Source of the DNA: a bacterium
GTDB lineage: Bacteria; Cyanobacteriota; Vampirovibrionia; Gastranaerophilales; Gastranaerophilaceae
Assembly (NCBI GenBank): GCA_017629215.1
Contig: JAGBXP010000046.1
Location: 199-64,198, forward strand
Length of the DNA stretch: 64,000 nt
Reading direction: 5' to 3'
The notes under the pieces were generated by a model that was not told the origin of the DNA, did no database searches, and saw nothing but the letters and a program-made list of their open reading frames with translations. Of the stretch, positions 15,676 to 22,604 are shown one piece after another. Positions within the stretch are counted from its first letter, which is position 1. Each line of letters begins with the position of its first letter. The position numbers and the translations under genes were made by a program.

Positions 15676-16347
15676 TTATGAAAACATTTTAATATTATCT
15701 GAACTCCATTGTATTAGCATTTTGTATAAATTTTCAAGTTCAATTGTAGTTTTTTCGTTAATATTATTTCTATTAATGCAAGTATTCAAGATATCTCTGT
15801 CTATTCCAATTAACAATTCTAAAAGTTCCATTTTGGTTGGAATATATTTTTTAGTTTCTATAAAATATTTTGTCTGCAAAATAAAAAATGTACTTTTATA
15901 TAAATTTTTCAAATCTTCAGTACGATTATTAGAATGAATAAAGCTATGGACAGCAGTATGGTACAAGTTTTCAGAACCAATTTTTACTGCTTGTTTCGCA
16001 TCTTCTATAGTTGGAGGTTGAATTAAATCTTGCAGGTTGCCAATAAGAGATTTTGTATCGTAGAAAAATTGGAACAAGTCCGATTTAGACCAATTTTGCA
16101 GTTCCTCTCTACCTGAAATAAAACCACAAGATTTATCTTTATCTGGCATACTATTAATTATCGAATGATATCTTTTTAAGTCTTCAAAACTTAAATTATC
16201 TAAAATTACCACAAGATCAATATCGCTACTTTGGGTTGCTTCACCTCGATTATAACTACCTTGAAGCCCAACAAATAATAATCTTTGTTCAAATTCGTTT
16301 TGTAATTTTTTGATTATAATATCAAGCCAAACATTAATATCAAACAC
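15676..16347 (-). CDS. Nucleotidyltransferase-domain protein (223 aa)
   Basis: 'GLQGSYNRGEATQSSDIDLVVIL' is the pol-beta-type NTase G[SG]..D.D motif. GTG start with AAGAGGTG SD. Stop lies 8 nt before bcp. Confidence 0.7.
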   Translation of the reverse strand: MFDINVWLDIIIKKLQNEFEQRLLFVGLQGSYNRGEATQSSDIDLVVILDNLSFEDLKRYHSIINSMPDKDKSCGFISGREELQNWSKSDLFQFFYDTKSLIGNLQDLIQPPTIEDAKQAVKIGSENLYHTAVHSFIHSNNRTEDLKNLYKSTFFILQTKYFIETKKYIPTKMELLELLIGIDRDILNTCINRNNINEKTTIELENLYKMLIQWSSDNIKMFS

Positions 16348-16402
16348 AGCTACACCTCTTTTTTGAATGATAGCATAAATTATTTAACTTAACTACCTGC
16401 TG

Positions 16403-16427
16403 AGTTATCTGGGATTTTCGGACAACT
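16403..16427. repeat. Junction repeat AGTTATCYGG..CGGACAACT, copy 1
   Basis: 21/25 identical to 17905..17929. Both are followed by AAAAGGCAACATA within 17-55 nt. Confidence 0.7.
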
Positions 16428-16453
16428 GAAATTTTATATTTCTTCCCCAAAAG

Positions 16454-16491
16454 GCAACATACGCCACTCAAAAGCAAGTGAAAGTAAAGTG
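16454..16491. repeat. Junction repeat (38 nt), copy 2
   Basis: GCAACATACGCCACTCAAAAGCAAGTGAAAGTAAAGTG, 35/38 identical to 14091..14128. Confidence 0.85.
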
Positions 16492-16518
16492 GGAGTGGCA
16501 AATAAACACTAAAAAGCT

Positions 16519-16566
16519 TTTAAATAGAGTTTAAACGCAGTTTAAAGAAGATTTAAATATTTTAAA
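16519..16566. repeat. Phased TTTAAA array (5 copies, period 11,11,11,9)
   Basis: TTTAAA at 16519, 16530, 16541, 16552 and 16561, directly 3' of the stop of the minus-strand ORF 16568..17818. Confidence 0.8.
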
Positions 16567-16567
16567 A

Positions 16568-17818
16568 CTATCGTGCTTTTTTAATTTTTAGAATTGCATC
16601 AGCAAAACGTTCATGCATTATTTCTTCGTGAGAGCTATCTATTGATTTTATATGTTTTTTTAGTGCATATAAAAATTCTGAAAAATATGGAATCTTTTTG
16701 TATAAGCTTTTATTTTTCTCAAAGAAATTATAAATTTCACTAAATTCAATCAATTTATAATATTCTCCGCACTCATAGTTTTCCAATTTTATATGATTGT
16801 AATTAGGTGCAAAAATAAAGTAGAAACATTCTTTTTCAGAATAATTTTTTTCGACATATTCACGATATTTTTTAAGTTGTGATTGTATTAAATCACTACC
16901 AATATCGTGCCTTTCGCAGATTCCATTTATATTTGATTTAATTTTATTTTCAATAACAATAGCTTTATCATTGCTTAATAACAATAAATCGATATTTTCT
17001 TTCTCTCTTAAAGTACAAAAATCAAAGCTAAAGCTAGCAATACTTAAAACCTCTTTTGCAAACTTACTAAAAGCTAATGGATTTGCATCAAAAATATATT
17101 TAAATAAGTTAGAAAAGACTAATTCGTCATTTTGCTTTTGAATAATATCAATAAAATTATTAGCTCCTTTGTCTTTATTTTTTCTTTTGTTCAAAATTTC
17201 TTGAACTTTAGGCGTTGTATTTTTATCTTCCCAAAGAGTATCGTTGTTAATAATTTTCTCTAAAACATCAAAGCCTTTAGTCCCTTCTTCAATATACATT
17301 TTAGGACTTTGAGAGGGAAAATGCTCAACATCTTCCATAAAATAACAATCGGTATTTGATTTATCTGTAGTAATATAGATTGGCTTAGAAGCTTTTCTTA
17401 TGTTATTAGCTTTAAAAGTAATATAAATACATTCGTCATTGCCTTTGTTATGCTCGCAAATTTTGTATTGTTTTAGTCCACCATAAGTAATCTTATTTTT
17501 ATCTAAATAATCTAATTGAAATTGATGTTGGATTTGTCTTTCATCTTTAGTAAAAGCTTTTTGGATATATGCAACTTGCTCTAAATCAGTAGCTTTCGCG
17601 ATTATTTCAATAATCTTAGAACTACATCTTTTAACAAGTAAAATAGATTTAATTTTATCATTATGTTTTTTACTCATTGAGCCATAAGGTAAAACATAGA
17701 TATAATTACTGCCATTATCAGCTTTAAATAAATTTATAATCTCATGTCCTATATTGGCATTCTCATCTTCAAGATAAGTACCTGTATACATAATGTTCAA
17801 TAAAATTTCTTTTGTCAT
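16568..17818 (-). CDS. Two-domain protein with C-terminal PD-(D/E)xK nuclease-like core (416 aa)
   Basis: 'ENIDLLLLSNDKAIVIENKIKS...QLKKY' parallels the D..(I/V)VIEN(Q/K) core of 2568..3497. The N-terminal ~250 aa are unassigned. Confidence 0.6.
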   Translation of the reverse strand: MTKEILLNIMYTGTYLEDENANIGHEIINLFKADNGSNYIYVLPYGSMSKKHNDKIKSILLVKRCSSKIIEIIAKATDLEQVAYIQKAFTKDERQIQHQFQLDYLDKNKITYGGLKQYKICEHNKGNDECIYITFKANNIRKASKPIYITTDKSNTDCYFMEDVEHFPSQSPKMYIEEGTKGFDVLEKIINNDTLWEDKNTTPKVQEILNKRKNKDKGANNFIDIIQKQNDELVFSNLFKYIFDANPLAFSKFAKEVLSIASFSFDFCTLREKENIDLLLLSNDKAIVIENKIKSNINGICERHDIGSDLIQSQLKKYREYVEKNYSEKECFYFIFAPNYNHIKLENYECGEYYKLIEFSEIYNFFEKNKSLYKKIPYFSEFLYALKKHIKSIDSSHEEIMHERFADAILKIKKAR

Positions 17819-17904
17819 ATAGCCTCTTCTAATGCTAATTTTAATTCCATCAAATTTAATTTTATTTTAACACAATGTCAATATAGGTCGTATTTCTTAA
17901 TTTT

Positions 17905-17929
17905 AGTTATCCGGTAATTCCGGACAACT
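17905..17929. repeat. Junction repeat AGTTATCYGG..CGGACAACT, copy 2
   Basis: See 16403..16427. Confidence 0.7.
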
Positions 17930-17986
17930 TGTTTAAAAGTGAACCTGTAAGGAATACTTAATAGTTCAAATTTTGGGGAGAAATTC

Positions 17987-18103
17987 AAAAAAGGCAACAT
18001 AACATTCCGGAAATGCTTATTTATCAGAATAAGGTGCCACGTCATTCAAGAAATGCCTTTTTCTCAGAATAAGGCGCCACGCAACTCTAATGTTGCCTTT
18101 TTG
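17987..18103. repeat. 117-nt imperfect palindromic element: inverted CAAAAAAGGCAACAT / ATGTTGCCTTTTTG arms enclosing two tandem 40-nt units
   Basis: Units 18003-18042 and 18043-18082 ('CATTCCGGAAATGCTTATTTATCAGAATAAGGTGCCACGT' / 'CATTCAAGAAATGCCTTTTTCTCAGAATAAGGCGCCACGC'). Each unit contains its own small hairpin. Confidence 0.85.
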
Positions 18104-18143
18104 AAACCTTTCTAATTCCCTGTTTTTAAGCTATAATTTAACT

Positions 18144-19145
18144 ATGGAGAATGATTTTCAAAAAGGTGAAATAGTTATTTATACAAGCGAAGATGGTTCG
18201 GTTTCGCTTGATACTAAGCTTGAAAACGACACAATTTGGCTTACTCAAAAGCAAATGGCAGAATTGTTTGGAGTAAAAACTCCTGCGATAAGTAAACATT
18301 TGAAAAATATTTTTAGCGAAGGTGAATTGAAAGAAGAAGTGGTTATTTCCATTTTGGAAACAACCACAAAACACGGTGCTATGAAGGATAAAACCCAAAT
18401 TAAATCGACACAGTTTTACAACCTAGATGCAATTATTTCTGTAGGATACAGAGTAAATTCTTCAAGAGCTACGCAGTTCCGTATTTGGGCGACAAATACA
18501 TTAAGAGAATTTATCACAAAAGGCTACGCAATTAACGAAAAAATGCTTAAATCTAAGCAAGAACAGATTCAAATATTGCAGTCAACTCTTAATCTTCTAA
18601 CAAGAAGCATAGAAAATCAGATTGAAACAGTTGATGATGCTCAAAATGTCGCTAAAATTCTTGATAATTTTGCTAAAGGTTTAAATTTGCTTGATAATTT
18701 TGACCATAAAACTCTTGATTCAAAAGGTTTTACAGAAAAAGAAGCTATTATTATTCCAGAACAAGAATATCTTGAAATTATCGACAAGATGAAATCCGAT
18801 TTTGCATCTGATGTTTTTGGGAACCCAAAAGATGGAAGTTTTGCTAGTTCAATTAATCAAATATATCAAACTTTTGATGGCAAAGATTGTTATCCGACTT
18901 TGGAAGAAAAGGCCGCAACTTTATTATATTTGATTACCAAAAACCATTCTTTTTCTGATGGGAACAAACGTATTGCGGCAAGTTGTTTCTTGTACTTTTT
19001 AGATAAGAACAATATGCTTTATAAAAATGGTTTACCAATAATTGATGCGAGTGCATTGTTTGCTCTGACACTTCTGATTGCTGAAAGTAAGCCTGAGGAA
19101 ATGGATATTATGAAGCAAATTGTTATTAGTGTATTAAATAAGTAA
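18144..19145 (+). CDS. RhuM-family N-terminal domain fused to Fic/Doc domain
   Basis: N-terminus 'IWLTQKQMAELFGVKTPAISKHLKNIF...SVGYRVNSSRATQFRIWAT' (RhuM-like). C-terminus 'HSFSDGNKRIAA' (Doc-type HxFx[DN]GNKR motif). Confidence 0.8.
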   Translation: MENDFQKGEIVIYTSEDGSVSLDTKLENDTIWLTQKQMAELFGVKTPAISKHLKNIFSEGELKEEVVISILETTTKHGAMKDKTQIKSTQFYNLDAIISVGYRVNSSRATQFRIWATNTLREFITKGYAINEKMLKSKQEQIQILQSTLNLLTRSIENQIETVDDAQNVAKILDNFAKGLNLLDNFDHKTLDSKGFTEKEAIIIPEQEYLEIIDKMKSDFASDVFGNPKDGSFASSINQIYQTFDGKDCYPTLEEKAATLLYLITKNHSFSDGNKRIAASCFLYFLDKNNMLYKNGLPIIDASALFALTLLIAESKPEEMDIMKQIVISVLNK

Positions 19146-19170
19146 TCTCAGCTTAAAGTTAATTTTGTAT

Positions 19171-19485
19171 CTAATTTAAAGATTTTTTGCAAACTGAATA
19201 CGTAACAATTGAATTCATTGCTTCGGATATTGTCATATATGAAGTTATATGTTTATTTGGTCGTCCAATACTATCGACATACTCATTCCAAACTGATGGT
19301 GCTACCAAGTTTCTTTCTTTATAGTCTTTTGGAGACTTGTCTCTCAATTCTTGAGCCTTTTTCCCAGCAGCTGTACCATTCAAAAGTGCAACTTCTTTTT
19401 CTGCTTCTTTAATTGCATCAGGATCATTAGTACTACATCCTGGATCATAATGTATCATTGGTGCTGGTGGATCAATCTTTGACAT
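19171..19485 (-). CDS. Hypothetical protein (104 aa)
   Basis: AAGGAG SD before the ATG. Two direct ATTGTTACA(A/T)TT motifs sit 75-105 nt upstream (19559-19592). Confidence 0.5.
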   Translation of the reverse strand: MSKIDPPAPMIHYDPGCSTNDPDAIKEAEKEVALLNGTAAGKKAQELRDKSPKDYKERNLVAPSVWNEYVDSIGRPNKHITSYMTISEAMNSIVTYSVCKKSLN

Positions 19486-19720
19486 AAATGTCTCCTTTCT
19501 TTTATCTTACATCTTTATTATCGACATATTTATAAAAAACTTTAGTGGTTTTGAAAAAATTGTTACATTTGGAGGATAAATTGTTACAATTCATTTACAC
19601 AGTTATACCAAGTTTTTCAATTATAGAACATATTTTAGCCACATTTGGAGTAAATAAATGATTAATATATATAGTCACTAAAAGTTCGAACCTGAAAGCG
19701 TCAACCCCGCCATTAACAAT

Positions 19721-19879
19721 AAAAACAGACCTTCAGGGTCTGTTTTTATTTGTCATCCTGAACTTGATTCAGGATCTATCCAGAGTTATATTATTACAAT
19801 TGGCATTGATAGATTCCGTGTCAAGCACGGAATGACTAAAATTCCCACCAATAAAAAGAGTCCTTACGGACTCTTTTTT
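19721..19879 (+). repeat. Cluster of four perfect hairpins (terminator / REP-like)
   Basis: Stems 19725-31/19737-43 (plus T-run), 19755-62/19768-75, 19813-20/19826-33 and 19858-63/19868-73 (plus T-run). Similar hairpins follow tRNA-Gly at 33648-33832. Confidence 0.7.
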
Positions 19880-19947
19880 GTTTATTTTTTGGTGCAATAA
19901 ATTGCACCCTACAAACTAACCCAAATAACAAACGCAAATACGAGAAT

Positions 19948-20193
19948 ATGGATTTAGAAAGATTGTCAGAAAAAGATAGAATTTATGCAAAAGAAGAATA
20001 TGAAACTTTTGATAATAAAACTAAAGAGAAAGTAAGAATTAAATATTTGGAGCAAGGTATAGATAATAATTGGAAAGTGCCAAGTAAGGCTAACTTAGAT
20101 AAACAAGTTAAGTCGGGAGGTCTTATTTATGTTGATAACTATGAACGAGCTGATGGAACAAAAGTAAGTGATTATTACAGGAAAAAAGGGTAA
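19948..20193 (+). CDS. Hypothetical protein (81 aa)
   Basis: ORF only, with a weak SD. Confidence 0.4.
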   Translation: MDLERLSEKDRIYAKEEYETFDNKTKEKVRIKYLEQGIDNNWKVPSKANLDKQVKSGGLIYVDNYERADGTKVSDYYRKKG

Positions 20194-20215
20194 AGTTCCA
20201 ATCTCCTCCCCAACA

Positions 20216-20295
20216 AGACAACATAACATTCCGGAAATATCTTTTTCTTAGAATAAGGCGCTACATCATTCCGGAAATGCATTTATTCTAGAAAG
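20216..20295. repeat. Second copy of the 40-nt-unit element (one full and one truncated unit, no closing inverted arm)
   Basis: 'GACAACATAACATTCCGGAAATATCTTTTTCTTAGAATAAGGCGCTACAT' followed by 'CATTCCGGAAATGCATTTATTCTAGAAAG'. Direct orientation relative to 17987..18103. Confidence 0.8.
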
Positions 20296-20337
20296 TTAGT
20301 GGATTAAAAACTAAAAAAAATAAAATATAATTATTTA

Positions 20338-21609
20338 ATGCCAAGAATTGTAAAAAACACTTTGTTGAATTATATTCCAAATAAATTTGCAATAGAAAGT
20401 AAAATTAATCCTGCAAGAATTTACGAAATTAACAAGAAAATAATTAAAACAGGAAATATTCTTTATATTTGCGAAAGAGAAATACGCACAAAAGACAATT
20501 TTGCTCTCCAGTTTGCTATTGAAAAAAGTATAGAATTGAACTTACCACTCAAAATTATTCATCCTAAAATTAATTATGAGCATAAGCCAAAACAAGAATT
20601 TATTAATAGACAATTAGAACAAGCACAGATTCAATTTAAAAATATTGGTTTAGATTTTGAAATAATTAAAAAAAATCCTCAAGAAATTATAAAAAATACT
20701 ACTCCTGCTGTTTTAATTATTGATTTTAATCCAATTATAAAAAGAGATTATTTACAATATGTGAATTTTAAAATATATGAAATTGATAGTCATAACATTA
20801 TTCCAGCTCGATTTGTATCTAGCAAGCAAGAATATAATGCAGCAAATCTTAGAACCAAAATTTATCGTAATATTTTTTCTTTTTTGACTGAATATAAAAA
20901 TTTAACTTCTGATAAAGTTGAAGCAGATTGTGTTTTAGAAGATTTTATAAATAATAAACTACAACATTATTCTTCATACAAAAACAATCCTTCGATAGAA
21001 GTAACTTCTGGTTTATCAAAATACCTTAACCTAGGTTTTATATCTTCACAAAGAATTGCTTTAGAAGTCATAAAATCAGGAGTTAATAATATAAATAAAG
21101 AGATATTTTTAGAAGAATTAATAGTTAGAAAAGAACTTGCTGATAATTTTTGCTTGTATTCAAAAAGTTTTAAAGACTTCTCATCAATTCCAAACTGGGC
21201 AAAAACATCTTTGGAAAATCATAAATATGATATTCGTCCTTTTATTTATTCTTTGGAAGAATTAGAAAATGCAAGAACACAAGATAAATTATGGAACGCT
21301 ACTCAAATTCAATTAAAACAAAATGGTACAATACATGGATATTTGAGAATGTATTGGGCGAAGAAAATTTTTGAATGGACATTAACACCTGATGAGGCGC
21401 TAAAAACAGCAATATACTTAAATGATAATTATGCCTATGATGCACCATCAGCTAATGGATATGTGGGAATTCTATGGGCAATTGGAGGTCTACACGATAG
21501 GGCTTTTGTTGATTTCCCAGTTACAGGCAAAATAAGAAAAATGACTTATTATTCAATAAAAAGAAAGTATAACATAGTTGCATATACCAAGAAATACACA
21601 ACATTTTAA
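20338..21609 (+). CDS. phr: Deoxyribodipyrimidine photolyase, class II-like
   Basis: '...HGYLRMYWAKKIFEW...NGYVGILWAIGGLHDRAF...GKIRKMTY' is the C-terminal FAD-binding pattern of class II CPD photolyases. Confidence 0.8.
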   Translation: MPRIVKNTLLNYIPNKFAIESKINPARIYEINKKIIKTGNILYICEREIRTKDNFALQFAIEKSIELNLPLKIIHPKINYEHKPKQEFINRQLEQAQIQFKNIGLDFEIIKKNPQEIIKNTTPAVLIIDFNPIIKRDYLQYVNFKIYEIDSHNIIPARFVSSKQEYNAANLRTKIYRNIFSFLTEYKNLTSDKVEADCVLEDFINNKLQHYSSYKNNPSIEVTSGLSKYLNLGFISSQRIALEVIKSGVNNINKEIFLEELIVRKELADNFCLYSKSFKDFSSIPNWAKTSLENHKYDIRPFIYSLEELENARTQDKLWNATQIQLKQNGTIHGYLRMYWAKKIFEWTLTPDEALKTAIYLNDNYAYDAPSANGYVGILWAIGGLHDRAFVDFPVTGKIRKMTYYSIKRKYNIVAYTKKYTTF

Positions 21610-21926
21610 TACTAAGTTTAACACAATAGCAAATAAATATTTATAACGCTTTACTCAAAATTAATTTTGTATCTAACTTAATAGATTAATATAACGTGCG
21701 TTGTAACACGTAAAAAAAGTAAATTATAAATGTGCAACAAATTGCACTCTACGAGTACCAAGACTAACTAAAGTAACCTCCAGTCCCAGAGCAATTTAGA
21801 GATTCTTCCAGCACATTTTCTGTGTTTTTAACAACAATTTTGTTGCAACTACTATTGCAGTATGTTCCTTTTGGCAAAACACGACACATATTACGTAAAG
21901 AATAAACTTAAGCATATATCGAGCAT

Positions 21927-21950
21927 CAAAAAAGAGGGTTTAAACCCTCT
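21927..21950 (-). terminator. Intrinsic terminator of tRNA-Lys
   Basis: Palindrome AGAGGGTTT/AAACCCTCT followed by a T-run on the minus strand, 13 nt past the tRNA 3' end. Confidence 0.75.
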
Positions 21951-21963
21951 TTAATAGTAAATT

Positions 21964-22036
21964 TGGGTGTGGTGGGACTCGAACCCACGACCAATTGATT
22001 AAGAGTCAACTGCGCTACCGACTGCGCCACGCACCC
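21964..22036 (-). tRNA. tRNA-Lys (anticodon CTT)
   Basis: Hand-folded cloverleaf: GGGTGCG acceptor, GCGC D-stem, anticodon loop CTCTTAA, T-arm GTGGG-TTCGAGT-CCCAC. One C-A mismatch in the acceptor stem. CCA is not encoded. Confidence 0.88.
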
Positions 22037-22111
22037 ATATTTAATTTTCAAGCTGAGCTTTGTTAAATTCGCCAACTATTGCCTCTAATCAAACATTAGT
22101 TATCTTGCCTA

Positions 22112-22135
22112 CAGAGTCGACTGTGCTACGCACAA
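22112..22135 (-). pseudogene. Decayed partial copy of the tRNA-Lys 5' half
   Basis: 'AGAGTCGACTGTGCTACGCAC' versus tRNA 'AGAGTCAACTGCGCTAC...CACGCAC', same orientation, 75 nt beyond the intact gene. Confidence 0.3.
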
Positions 22136-22375
22136 ACATCTTATGCTCAACATCCTAATATTAACATAAAATAGATTTTAATTTCAAGAAAAATTTTTCT
22201 ATTAAACTTCTAACTCCATAATAATCTTAACTTTTTAACCTAACAAAAAATATTGTTATATTTGTGTTGAGATTGCTTCTTGAACTCAACCAAACTACAT
22301 TTGTAAAGAATTGTAACAATATTTAATAAGTAGTGAAATTTTATATATTAAATATACTTTATATATATGTAAGCA

Positions 22376-22497
22376 TTAAATAAACACGAAACACATAACA
22401 CACAACCTTTCATACAACCTACACACTAACCTTCTACACATGAGGAATTATTATAAAGAATTCCAAACCCACCTTTTAAAAGATGGGTTTTTTTTTT
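22376..22497 (+). ncRNA. Candidate small RNA / leader: C/A-rich tract ending in an orphan intrinsic terminator
   Basis: 'ACACGAAACACATAACACACAACCTTTCATACAACCTACACACTAACCTTCTACACA', hairpin GGAATT..AATTCC, then stem 22465-71/22484-90 plus T9. No ORF upstream on this strand. The 5' end is not defined. Confidence 0.3.
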
Positions 22498-22604
22498 GCG
22501 TATTTAATGAATTATTAAATAAAGATTAAAAAAATCTTGACTTTGTAAAAATATTATTAAAATGTATGTATAGGGTTTTATATTTTACAATGGAGCATTT
22601 CGTT

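Noticed and set aside
17987-18103. Possible CRISPR array, based on the tandem 40-nt repeats. The GTGCAAYAAATTGCAC dyads at 19892 and 21732 were also considered.
   Set aside because: There are only two directly abutting units with no spacers, the dyads are 1.8 kb apart, and there are no cas genes in the window.
1-22036. CRISPR-associated transposon (type V-K-like: tnsB-tnsC-tniQ next to a tRNA in a cyanobacterial-lineage genome).
   Set aside because: There is no cas12k or Cascade gene and no CRISPR array, and the third gene is not TniQ-like. The tRNA proximity alone is insufficient.
19554-22323. ATTGTTACA(A/T)TT motifs as candidate transposon-end binding sites. They occur at 19559-19570, 19578-19592, inverted at 22308-22323, a relative at 22245-22266, and also at 26040-26050 and 26083.
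   Set aside because: Copies also occur upstream of unrelated core genes. The motif contains -35-like TTGTAA and extended -10-like TGTAACAAT halves, so a promoter or operator role is more economical. No terminal TG/CA inverted repeat structure was found.
22566-22604. Longer N-termini given by the ORF track for several genes: clpB 22566, ftsH 47950, hsdR 12773, GH108 47905, 4296, 58565, 49942 and 39590.
   Set aside because: These starts are TTG/GTG or ATG codons without an SD. An internal ATG with a good SD gives the family-typical N-terminus in each case.
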